DNA of 64,000 nt, taken from contig OZ240245.1 in NCBI GenBank assembly GCA_965198175.1, forward strand, positions 864,001-928,000, given 5' to 3'. Within the stretch, counting starts at the first letter, position 1. Each line of letters begins with the position of its first letter. Under the pieces are notes generated by a model. The model did not search any database. It was not told the DNA's origin and saw only the letters and a list, made by a program, of their open reading frames with translations. The position numbers and the translations under genes were made by a program. This DNA comes from Candidatus Poribacteria bacterium. Its GTDB lineage: Bacteria; Poribacteria; WGA-4E; PCPOR2b. This document shows, one piece after another, positions 29,162 to 40,772 of the stretch.

Positions 29162-30247
29162 TCAATTTTGCGTAAGTCCTGAAGAGTTTAGACGGTACTG
29201 TCCATGTCCAAACGCCGTGTGGTGCCCGATGTGCAAATACTCGCCGAGATAGATAAAGGGTAGGAACGGCTCTAACGCACCTATAAAGCGAACGTTGCCG
29301 ACGAACCCGCCCATGGGGATGGATTTCTCCGTGCGGCGCGACCAACGGTCTTGTCTAAACCATTGAAGGCGGGATTCATGCTTGACGGAACGGGAAGACT
29401 CAATCAACCCAGGCGCATCCACGTCAAGGTCTTCGCCGCAGTGGAAATAACTCAGGAAACGGATCCGACGGAGCAGATTGCGGATGAGGTGTTCAAACGT
29501 TAGTTCGCTCGTCCACTTTCCGTTGACCTTGATGCTCGTAGGTGTGAGAAATTCCAGTTCAATCTCATCAGTAACGTGAGGCGCGCCGTGCATCACATCG
29601 TCAAGCCGAAGAATCAGCCCTTCATCCGTCAGCATCTCGGTCTCCGCCGTGTAAATTGTCCGGCTACGTTTGTAGTAGGGAGACTCATCACCCGTCCTCA
29701 GATGGCTGTCCCGCACAGGAAGATTTTCGACAGGTTTCGTAGGAGCAATCTCCTGGTCGCGACTCTCAGGGCTCATAAGACTGTCCCGTGCGGGGAGGCT
29801 CTCCACCTTGTCGAGTTGACACCGTCCGCGTTCCCCCCGGAGACCGATACGCCGTTTCCCTATCTCATTGAAGGTGTATACCAGCCACGGCAATAGGCTA
29901 ATTGCTTCTCCAATGAGAACCAGATTGCAGGCAAAGGTATCGCCCGGCGCATATCTCAGTTGCCATGTGTGTGGCGGTTCGAGGACGAAGGGGTGCGGTG
30001 CATACGGTTGCCCTCGGAGGATAGGAGCATCAGCTGGCACTGGCGTTTCAAAGCATTTGGAATATATACATCGTTCTGGGAATTGACACCGTGTGTCGCA
30101 TTCTTGTGTAGTGCTGACGCATGTGATGTGTCGCAGGATATAGCCGAATCTGGCGCGGAAGACGTTGCCCTTGTATCGGGGCATCTTCAGCGGTTCACCG
30201 ACGGTGTAGGTGAAACGATAGCGGGCGAAGCGGAAGTTTTGGAGCAT
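29162..30247 (-). CDS. cas6: Pre-crRNA processing endoribonuclease Cas6 (Cys-rich subtype)
   Basis: YKGNVFR, PHPFVL, LEFLTP, MGGFVG, terminal G-loop HIGHHTAFGHG. Confidence 0.92.
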   Translation of the reverse strand: MLQNFRFARYRFTYTVGEPLKMPRYKGNVFRARFGYILRHITCVSTTQECDTRCQFPERCIYSKCFETPVPADAPILRGQPYAPHPFVLEPPHTWQLRYAPGDTFACNLVLIGEAISLLPWLVYTFNEIGKRRIGLRGERGRCQLDKVESLPARDSLMSPESRDQEIAPTKPVENLPVRDSHLRTGDESPYYKRSRTIYTAETEMLTDEGLILRLDDVMHGAPHVTDEIELEFLTPTSIKVNGKWTSELTFEHLIRNLLRRIRFLSYFHCGEDLDVDAPGLIESSRSVKHESRLQWFRQDRWSRRTEKSIPMGGFVGNVRFIGALEPFLPFIYLGEYLHIGHHTAFGHGQYRLNSSGLTQN

Positions 30248-30290
30248 GGTCCTTATCCAACATAATCAGAAGTTCATCTCCCAATCACAA

Positions 30291-30797
30291 TCAATTATGA
30301 TGTGTCAAGTGTTCTATGTGATTCTGGTTGAGATGGCTGATTTCCTCACGGACGAAAATAATCTGTTGGTTCACCTCCATGATTCGCTTATCCATCCGCT
30401 CTTCCAGCCTTTCAAGTGCATGATGAAAACCCGTCGATTGTTGTTCCATCCGCTCGTCTAGCCTTTCGAACGCATGATGAAATTCGGTGGCTTGCTTATC
30501 CATCCGCTCTTCCAGCCTTTCAAGTGCATGATGAAAACCCGTCGATTGTTGTTCCATCCGCTCGTCTAGCCTTTCGAGCGCATGATGAAATTCGGTGGCT
30601 TGCTGGTTCATCCGCTCTGTTAATTGCTTTTGTGTCGCTGCTAATTGCCTTTGTGTGGCATTCAGTCGGCTTATAATCGCGATGAGTTGTCCACAAAACG
30701 CGAGCAGCGTAATGGTAACCAGTATTATGTGTGATGGTGACCATGCTGAAAAGTCTATGTCAACCACTCCCTTTTTTCTACGATTTATGGGGCTCAA
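30291..30797 (-). CDS. Single-TM coiled-coil protein with 18-aa tandem repeats (start uncertain)
   Basis: TM IILVTITLLAFCGQLIAII; repeats MxQQxTxFHHALERLxER four times. Confidence 0.75.
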   Translation of the reverse strand: MSPINRRKKGVVDIDFSAWSPSHIILVTITLLAFCGQLIAIISRLNATQRQLAATQKQLTERMNQQATEFHHALERLDERMEQQSTGFHHALERLEERMDKQATEFHHAFERLDERMEQQSTGFHHALERLEERMDKRIMEVNQQIIFVREEISHLNQNHIEHLTHHN

Positions 30798-30951
30798 ATA
30801 TCATTGCTGCTTTGCTTTCGAAACAGGTGATGCCTCGCAGGACATATCCCAGTCGACCACGGAAGACGTTGCCCTTGTATCGGGGCATCTTCAGAGGCTC
30901 TTGGACGGTGTAGGTGAATCGGTAGCGGGCGAATCGGAAGTTTTGGAGCAT
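30778..30951 (-). pseudogene. cas6: Duplicated cas6 5' fragment (57 aa)
   Basis: MLQNFRFARYRFTYTVQEPLKMPRYKGNVFRGRLGYVLRGITC... nearly identical to first 43 aa of cas6. Confidence 0.85.
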
Positions 30952-30978
30952 GATGGAGTCTGAAATCTATAAACCGAA

Positions 30979-32157
30979 TCAACCTAATCTACGCGATGCG
31001 TTTTTCTGGACAAATTTCTCAAATTCACAGAATAGGTTTTGAATTGCTTCAATTGCGTCAGCAGATTCTTGGGGATCGTGCCGCATGCCGCAATGTGCAA
31101 GGTCTCTTCGAATACCATTACATTGATTCCAAAGATCAATAGCGGGCTGATCTGGAGCAAGTTGGGCAAGACCTGTTGCTAATGGATTACCCGCTCGATT
31201 TGCGCGTTCATTAAGATTATTTTCAACGTTCTTCCTACGGTCCATATTCAACCAACGATTTTGATTTGTTTCGATGCATTTCCATGAAATTAACCACTCT
31301 CGCATCAAGGTTATGGCTTGTAGATAATGTCGATTTTCAACATACCACTTGATTTGCTGATATTGTGCCTTAAGACTCTGTTTTGGCTTTCCAGTTGGAT
31401 CGTAAACTGCCATTTGCTGATAACTTTTCTTTAACTGGTCTATTAACATTTGAAAGGGTGGAGCTTGTTCCGACTCAAATTTTAAACCATTAAATACACG
31501 CGCTGCATCCTGTGCTTCAAGAGTGCGATTTGTGAGAAGGGCATTTGACAAACTGGTCAGTGCACCATCGATTTTTCGGTCAACATTCAAAGATGCAATA
31601 GGGCGTGCATCCCCCGTTTGTTGGAACATTGTCACAGCACCAAGCCAATCAAGCAAACTGACGAATGGGGTAAGATCAAAGACAGGTTTCCTTGGATTAT
31701 TTCGTTCTACTGCATCAAAAGCCCCGTAGATGACTCGTTCAATTTCCACGCCACTTCTAACATTGCGGACGTAGGCAAGTGCAAGAAATGTCAAAAACGG
31801 AAGTGATCGAAAACCGTGGGTAATATCGAATAAGACGCTATCATTATCATGGATGTTACTAACAACGCTATCGAAAATATCCCATAGTTCATTTTCATTT
31901 GCACCTTCTTTGATCAGGATGTGAACAACTTCAGTTTTGTCACCAAGCAATTTCGTAAGGAAACCTAATCTCTCACATTTATTCTCATCTGAAACAGGTT
32001 CCTTTGCCGCCGACTCCGTAGCAATGAAAAACAGTGATTCTGGTGAAAAAAAATTGACAATTGCCTCTGCAAAAAATTGCGTTTCGCACTCCTTATCATG
32101 GAAAACGTAGGTACTGTTGTAAAGCGGACCGCGTCCAAGAAATGTGAATGCTTTCAT
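30979..32157 (-). CDS. csx1: Csx1/Csm6-family CARF-HEPN ribonuclease (TIGR02221-like)
   Basis: FTFLG, DITHGFRSLP, IYGAF, DLTPFVSLLDW; HEPN RRDLAH (R-x4-H). Confidence 0.9.
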   Translation of the reverse strand: MKAFTFLGRGPLYNSTYVFHDKECETQFFAEAIVNFFSPESLFFIATESAAKEPVSDENKCERLGFLTKLLGDKTEVVHILIKEGANENELWDIFDSVVSNIHDNDSVLFDITHGFRSLPFLTFLALAYVRNVRSGVEIERVIYGAFDAVERNNPRKPVFDLTPFVSLLDWLGAVTMFQQTGDARPIASLNVDRKIDGALTSLSNALLTNRTLEAQDAARVFNGLKFESEQAPPFQMLIDQLKKSYQQMAVYDPTGKPKQSLKAQYQQIKWYVENRHYLQAITLMREWLISWKCIETNQNRWLNMDRRKNVENNLNERANRAGNPLATGLAQLAPDQPAIDLWNQCNGIRRDLAHCGMRHDPQESADAIEAIQNLFCEFEKFVQKNASRRLG

Positions 32158-32504
32158 GATGTGCCTCCTTCCGCTAAAGGTTGCCAATCGCACCGAAAAA
32201 ATTCAAATTCATCAATTGAGAGTTGAAGGGTTTCCTTATTAGCAGGATTTGCCACTCGGTGACGCAATTTCACAATTAGCATTGTGTCACCGGGTGCCAA
32301 CGTTGCCTGCTCACGCGATACCTCAATCGCAATGCCTGTTATCTGCTCAATCAGTCGTGCAGTTTCGGGATAACCGATATAACTTTTGAAGTTGTCAGTT
32401 GCGGCGGCATCTCGTAGCACTTTTTGAAATGTTGCTTCAGAAATCCGTTTTAAAGTATACACCCCTTCGTCGGGCATAACAGCGGAATTGAGTAATAGAA
32501 TCAT
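32154..32504 (-). CDS. crn2: DUF1874 / Crn2 (AcrIII-1)-like protein with variant active site
   Basis: LLNS..., KSYIGYPETARLIEQITGIAIEVSRE..L.PGD....L..R matches YddF/AcrIII-1 pattern; ATGA-coupled to csm5 and csx1. Confidence 0.8.
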   Translation of the reverse strand: MILLLNSAVMPDEGVYTLKRISEATFQKVLRDAAATDNFKSYIGYPETARLIEQITGIAIEVSREQATLAPGDTMLIVKLRHRVANPANKETLQLSIDEFEFFRCDWQPLAEGGTS

Positions 32505-33667
32505 GAGTCCTCAAGCGGTGATATTTTGACCCAACCGAGCGGTTCGATCGGGTTTTGTTCACGATATAGAATTCGGCGTGTTTTCGGGAATTCGCGCTTG
32601 TCGTAGTGTCCGCGCCGGGAACGGCTTTCACCTAACCGAAAACGATTGCGCAGGTCTAACAGTAATTCTTCAGGTGCATCTTTGTCATCCGTAAATATAG
32701 CATTGACGGTGTTGGCGTGGTAGCCTGTGCCCCACCCGATTTGCAGAAAGAACGTGCCTTCTGGAGGGTCGGCATTTTCATCAATTAACTTATCATAGAC
32801 TTCAGGAATGTTTGGTAATTCATAGTACTCAAAGAATTCTCGTTCACTTTGCATGAGCGCGTCTGCTTCTAACCGACACACTTTAACAATATTTCGCAGC
32901 GTCTCTTCTTGTAAATCGCTAAAATGGAGTCGGGTTTTCTCTAATTCTCGGAGAAGAAGTTCATCAATCTTGAGGGTAAATGTTAGATTTTGTCCGGCTT
33001 GGATTTGTTGGACATAGTTTTTGTATTCTTTTCCATCGTCTATTTTCTGTACAAGTTTGTTGTCTTGATCGAGTGTAACCGTCCACGCCGTTCCGATTTC
33101 AAAGGCATCACTTGCAAGCGGTACGGTATCACTAACTTGCAAAGCACGAAGGATGTCATGGTTCGGGTCTCTTCCGATAGCATCATGTTCAATTTTCTTT
33201 GCTGGTGTTTCTCTCCGTGGATTACCGTGCACGGTTTGCCTTGTGAGACTTTGTAGGTATGCCAAATTATTTTGAAAAAGTTTATTATCCTTGACAATGA
33301 GCTCGGATAAAAATGCAGTGCGGATCGCACCTTTGATCGTGCTACCGGGAATATACGGGCAATTTCCAATGGTTTTGATCGCTTCCCGAACTTCGCCTGT
33401 TTCAGGACTTTGCAGACAAGGTAGGCTATAAGCAGAAAGTTCCGAAGGATTCATGTTTCGTTGGGAAAGATAGCGTTGCCATCTGAAGTCACGTTGTGCC
33501 ATTTCGGAGGTTAACGCGTTTATATCGGCACTCGGGTGCGCTAAAACCTTGTCCAACTTGATGTGATACCATCTGCCGTTGGAGTAGTAGCCATCCATAT
33601 GGTTGAACGTTTCGCCTGATCCGATGTGGACAGGTGTGATGGTCTCAAGTTTATATTTCTGTTTCAT
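32501..33667 (-). CDS. csm5: Type III-A RAMP Csm5
   Basis: TITPVHIGSG, YIPGSTIKGAIRTA, LQVSD, IGWGTG, PLGWV. Confidence 0.93.
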   Translation of the reverse strand: MKQKYKLETITPVHIGSGETFNHMDGYYSNGRWYHIKLDKVLAHPSADINALTSEMAQRDFRWQRYLSQRNMNPSELSAYSLPCLQSPETGEVREAIKTIGNCPYIPGSTIKGAIRTAFLSELIVKDNKLFQNNLAYLQSLTRQTVHGNPRRETPAKKIEHDAIGRDPNHDILRALQVSDTVPLASDAFEIGTAWTVTLDQDNKLVQKIDDGKEYKNYVQQIQAGQNLTFTLKIDELLLRELEKTRLHFSDLQEETLRNIVKVCRLEADALMQSEREFFEYYELPNIPEVYDKLIDENADPPEGTFFLQIGWGTGYHANTVNAIFTDDKDAPEELLLDLRNRFRLGESRSRRGHYDKREFPKTRRILYREQNPIEPLGWVKISPLEDS

Positions 33668-34685
33668 TCTCCGTTCCTTTGAGTCTGACCGGCCACGCGT
33701 ATCCGTAGCGATAAACGGGATGTGACCAAGTATCCGGTTTTAAATCGACCAACCGCCCTATCTGACTCTCGCCTGTGTTTAGGACAGAACCTTCCGAGAA
33801 CATATTGACTTGATTTCGGCGTTGCGCGCTGCCAGTAGCACTCAGCCATCCGGTTGATTGCGTTAAGGTGTAGGCGATATAGCCTTTGAGGAGATGTTCA
33901 AGTTGATCCACTGACTTCGGGCATACCGGTGAAAGCGTGACGAATTGGTTACCTGCATCTGCTGTCGGAATTTCAAAATCATCAGCTTCGGCAAAGTCAA
34001 ACATACCGTATCCAGCGTTTCGTTCGCCGCCGATGCCGCAGTCGCCAAGCACTCGGAGTAGCGTCTCAAATTTCTGTTGCGTTTCGTCAGAATCGAAGTC
34101 GGCAGCAAACCAGAGTCCGCAGCATTTATTGAATTGGACGGTTTCTACGTGCCAGATTTCGGAACCAGCATTTTGGCTGCCGATGGTAACACGCGGACGG
34201 GTGGCAGTTTTCCAGATAGCATAATCGTCGTCATCTGGACTTTTCAGTTGCGCTTTTTCTGCAGAACTTACCCACACCTTTTCACCATTGATTAGGTTTT
34301 CTTCGTCGAACGCAGATAGATTACCAGCGATGATGTCTCGGAAAATGTTATCGGAAACGAACTGGACGCGCTTGCTTTTCTTCGACGATGCCTGGAACGT
34401 CAATGGTCTCGGATAGCAGTAAACGTTATGCGCATACGGGAACGCTGATGTCAACGTGAAAGGCAGAGTTGTGTCGTCCGCTGCGTATTTATTGAGAAAA
34501 GCAGTGAGGCTTGCAGTGTCGTAAAAAGTCGCCCACATTTGGCAGATCGCTGAAAAGAGGGTATCCGCGGGGATGTAGTTCTCAGTCTTTTGTAAGCCGA
34601 GGCTACCCGTTTGCGCCGGACCGGTGGCACGCCCAAGATGTAATTGCGTTTTGAATGTTAAGTGATAGACGGTATAAGTTCCCAT
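33651..34685 (-). CDS. csm4: Type III-A RAMP Csm4
   Basis: ADTLFSA, TSAFPY, RPRV, LGDCGIGGERNAGYG, FSEGS, HPVYRYG. Confidence 0.93.
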   Translation of the reverse strand: MGTYTVYHLTFKTQLHLGRATGPAQTGSLGLQKTENYIPADTLFSAICQMWATFYDTASLTAFLNKYAADDTTLPFTLTSAFPYAHNVYCYPRPLTFQASSKKSKRVQFVSDNIFRDIIAGNLSAFDEENLINGEKVWVSSAEKAQLKSPDDDDYAIWKTATRPRVTIGSQNAGSEIWHVETVQFNKCCGLWFAADFDSDETQQKFETLLRVLGDCGIGGERNAGYGMFDFAEADDFEIPTADAGNQFVTLSPVCPKSVDQLEHLLKGYIAYTLTQSTGWLSATGSAQRRNQVNMFSEGSVLNTGESQIGRLVDLKPDTWSHPVYRYGYAWPVRLKGTENETEI

Positions 34686-34693
34686 ATCCGCTC

Positions 34694-35521
34694 CTATCCG
34701 CCAGAGATTCCGGACATAATGTTAACAGTATAATCTGATGCACGTAAGGTAGTAATATTGGTATCGTCAGCGATAGTGATTGGTGCAACATTTGGGGCTT
34801 CATAGCATTTTCGGGATTTGAACGTCATCGTCAAGTTCTCAAACGCTATCTGCCCAGAACCACGAGATCCGGATCCACCGAGGTAGTCGTCAACTAAGAG
34901 TTCCATACCTTTAAGCACGGTGTCAAAAAGTTTGAGTTCGTCGTTAGCTTGATTGTCCTGATTGCTTCCATGCAGTGTGTAGAGACTATGGACAATCTGG
35001 AAGGGACCAAAAGCTGTGCCAGCAGGGACACGTTCTTGCTGGCGTGGCGTGGCAGCAGAGGTAATTCGGTCAATGGCAACTTCCGTTTTGATTTCGGTGA
35101 AATCGGTATCAGTGTCTGCCCTGTCGAGTGCCTCAAGTGATTCGGGGGTCAAGAAGGTGTCTCGAACAATTACGCGCGTAGGCATCGTTTTTCCGCGTAA
35201 GTCTCTCTGCGGAGCGACCCCAAAGACTTGGCATACTTGACACACGTTGTAATCCGCTGGTGTTTTGCACTCATGAACCCTTACATCTCTGCCAATAGAT
35301 TTGTTCAATTGCTTTTCAAAATGTCGGTCAAGCAAGCTACGCATCTTTCCTCGTAAGGAAGATCCCGGTATGTAAGGTTGCCGGTTGAAGGCATTCCGTA
35401 TAATAGGATTATCAATACCACCGATGTCTAATTCACCGGAGTTTCCACCGATGTGTAAACCTGTCAAGGCGTTGATGGTGCCTTGCAAAAAAATCTTACC
35501 TTGTAGTTGAATACTTGGCAT
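34694..35521 (-). CDS. csm3: Type III-A RAMP Csm3
   Basis: TGLHIGG, IGGIDNPIIR (catalytic Asp), PYIPGSSLRGKMRSL, ERVPAG, YLGGSGSRGSG. Confidence 0.95.
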   Translation of the reverse strand: MPSIQLQGKIFLQGTINALTGLHIGGNSGELDIGGIDNPIIRNAFNRQPYIPGSSLRGKMRSLLDRHFEKQLNKSIGRDVRVHECKTPADYNVCQVCQVFGVAPQRDLRGKTMPTRVIVRDTFLTPESLEALDRADTDTDFTEIKTEVAIDRITSAATPRQQERVPAGTAFGPFQIVHSLYTLHGSNQDNQANDELKLFDTVLKGMELLVDDYLGGSGSRGSGQIAFENLTMTFKSRKCYEAPNVAPITIADDTNITTLRASDYTVNIMSGISGG

Positions 35522-35530
35522 GTGTCCCCC

Positions 35531-38222
<2,692 letters not shown>

Positions 38223-38392
38223 CGCTTGTTGTCCTTACAGATTCAGAATTGTAGTGGTAGTTTTCGATAGGTTAACGTGAGTTCGGTACAAGAGACAGAA
38301 GATTCTGCGGTAGAAAGAGAACTCATCTTAACACTAATATGCCACTTCAGCATAAACACGGATTAGACGGCGAGTTTACATGTAAAAATTAC

Positions 38393-38503
38393 AGGATTTA
38401 CGCACAACGCGGATATTGAAGGGTGAAAGGATGCGGGAAACTCCGCCCATGCTTCCACCCTTCCAAATCCCGCAAGCAAACCAACGGATTTTGCGTAAGT
38501 CCT
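38393..38503. repeat. Small inverted-repeat element (aggatttacgca ... tgcgtaagtcct)
   Basis: TIR pair around an internal hairpin; the same ttttgcgtaagtcct end forms the cas6 3' end at about 29166-29180. Confidence 0.55.
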
Positions 38504-38693
38504 AATTAGTCTAACATAACATGGTTAAATCCGTATCTCTTAAACCTTCTCTAACTACTGGCAAACAGAGTGTAACACATCGCCACTTTTACATCAACAT
38601 TTTTTCCGCGTGTCTGGACGGGCAATAAATTGCCCTACTACAAGCCAAGAGCGTTTCGGCTTCAGTCAACCTCCATCCCCTTTGTATTGATAG

Positions 38694-39035
38694 TTAGTCG
38701 ATTAGATTCCCAATTACATAGTTGGGATTGGGGCTATGACTGATTGTCACAACGTACTTATTCAACTTCGGGTCGAAACATGCGATGGCTTCAAACAAGT
38801 GCGCCACCTTGTGTCCCAAGACCATGGCAACCGGCAAGGAGGCAGGACCATTGACCTTGAGCAACCCACCGCCGCTTAACTCGCCAGCCTTCTGCATATC
38901 GTCTAGACGCGCGGCGGCGTCTTTGGCGATTTGACCGTTATGCCCCGGCACCCCAAAACCAACTTGCAGAACACCATCATCATCACGAGTAATGGTGTAG
39001 GTTGATTCTAGTGGCTTCCCCGTAAGTGGCTGCAT
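38694..39035 (-). CDS. csx3: CRISPR ring nuclease Crn3/Csx3
   Basis: VNGPASLPVAMVLGHKVAHLF..IACFDPKL..YVVTISH matches Csx3 pattern; GAGGAG RBS before ATG 39035. Confidence 0.85.
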   Translation of the reverse strand: MQPLTGKPLESTYTITRDDDGVLQVGFGVPGHNGQIAKDAAARLDDMQKAGELSGGGLLKVNGPASLPVAMVLGHKVAHLFEAIACFDPKLNKYVVTISHSPNPNYVIGNLID

Positions 39036-39317
39036 CGTCTCCTCTTTTTCCGATTCGCTCATGTTGAGAAATGGTGCAGCAGCAACCGAGTCTTTGGCAA
39101 GCACGGGCGTGGAACCCCCTACAGGGTTTTGGGCAGGCACAAGACCTGCCCCTACGTTTGATTGATTCCCGTAGGGGCAACCCTCGTGGTTGCCCCTCCT
39201 GTAGGCTTCGTGCTTTGCTTTCTTTTTACATGAACCTTCCGATTTTGCAGCTTAAATTTGAGATAATTTACCCATTCAACCGAGGGTACCAAAACGCTCG
39301 GAAAACCCTTCAAAACA

Positions 39318-39346
39318 ACTCTAGCCTTCTTAACATTTCCTGTCAA
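39318..39346 (-). promoter_or_regulatory. Putative sigma-70 promoter upstream of csx3/cas operon
   Basis: TTGACA-17 bp-TAGAGT on minus strand. Confidence 0.55.
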
Positions 39347-39708
39347 GCGAAAAATACCCCGCAACACCCGCACTTCAAAATTTTCCATTGCTCTGTCCAT
39401 CGGTTCTATGGGTTTAGATTTACTGTATAATTTCGCTAACACAAGGAAGCGGGCCAGATTAGGTCCAGTTGTAGTCTGTTTGACAGTGGCGATGCCTCTA
39501 TCATCAGCTAATGGCTTTATCAATTGTTACCTGAAAACGCTCAAATTTTGTGCCAATATCCCTCAGATCGTTGAGATCAGAAAACAAGCTCACCTCGGTT
39601 CGCATTTCGCTTGAATGTGATGGTTGGGCGTGATATGTTATACTGCAGCGTGCTTTGCGTATTTGCACAAGCACGTAGGGTTAGAATAGAACAGAGAACG
39701 GGGAAATC

Positions 39709-40719
39709 ATGATCGCCACACCGAAACAGAAGGTGCGTTGGGGGATTTTGAGCACCGCAAGAATCGCGAATAAGCTGAGTCGTGCGATTCAGTTGGCAGA
39801 AAACGCTGAATTAGTGGCGATTGCCAGTCGGACGGTGGAACGCGCTAACGGTTGGGCGTCTGAGCATGGGGTTGACCGTGCTTACGGAAACTACAATGCA
39901 CTACTTGAGGATGCGGAAATCGATGCGGTCTACATTCCGCTGCCGCCATCAATGCACGCTGAATGGACCATCAAGGCGGCTGAACACGGCAAACACGTGT
40001 TGTGCGAAAAACCGCTTGCCGCAAACACAGAAGAAGCAGTTGCTATGGTCGATGCCTGCCGAACGCACAATGTGCAGTTGATGGACGGTGTCATGTGGGT
40101 ACACCACGAACGTACCTTTGAGATGAAGCAGATTATAGACAACGGCACTTTAGGTCGGATGCGTCGTGTGACAGCGGCGTTCACTTTTAACTGGGATATA
40201 ATTCCCGAAGAGAACATACGGTTGAGAAAAGAGTTTGCCTGTGGCTGCCTCGGCGATCTAGGTTATTACTGTATCCGCGCGATTCTCTGGGCTTTTGGCG
40301 ATCTCCCCGTGCAGGTCTTCGCCACTGCACGCTATTACGGCGATGTGGAATTCAATCTGTCCGGCACCCTCTGGTTTCGGGACGAGCGGATGGCTTCGTT
40401 TGATTGCGGTTTCGATACAGGAAATCGTAAGTGGTTTGAGATTGCAGGAACCAAAGCCTCCTTGATATGCGACGATTTTGTAGTCCCTTGGAAAGAGGAG
40501 ACGTCCCGATTTTGGGTACACGACGCACAAGGCAAAGCCGCCGAGCACAGGATTGAGCCTTGTATTCAGGAAGTGCGGATGATTGAGCGGTTTTCGGAGT
40601 GGGTTCAGTCTGGACAACTTAATCGCGACTTGCTAACTGAAACCGTCAACACCATGCGCATCTGTGACGCGTTGCATAAATCTGCACGACGGTGCCAAAT
40701 CGTCGCGTTCGATTCTTGA
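39709..40719 (+). CDS. Gfo/Idh/MocA family oxidoreductase
   Basis: WGILSTARIA, AGKHVLCEKP-like, GCLGDLGYY. Confidence 0.92.
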   Translation: MIATPKQKVRWGILSTARIANKLSRAIQLAENAELVAIASRTVERANGWASEHGVDRAYGNYNALLEDAEIDAVYIPLPPSMHAEWTIKAAEHGKHVLCEKPLAANTEEAVAMVDACRTHNVQLMDGVMWVHHERTFEMKQIIDNGTLGRMRRVTAAFTFNWDIIPEENIRLRKEFACGCLGDLGYYCIRAILWAFGDLPVQVFATARYYGDVEFNLSGTLWFRDERMASFDCGFDTGNRKWFEIAGTKASLICDDFVVPWKEETSRFWVHDAQGKAAEHRIEPCIQEVRMIERFSEWVQSGQLNRDLLTETVNTMRICDALHKSARRCQIVAFDS

Positions 40720-40772
40720 AAAATAGTGGTGAACGGTGACAGCCACATCATCGACATATTGGAGCTAATCAA

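Noticed and set aside
39071..39614. ORFs 39152-39523 (-), 39071-39430 (+), 39408-39614 (+)
   Set aside because: Overlap promoter and REP sequence, no recognisable motifs
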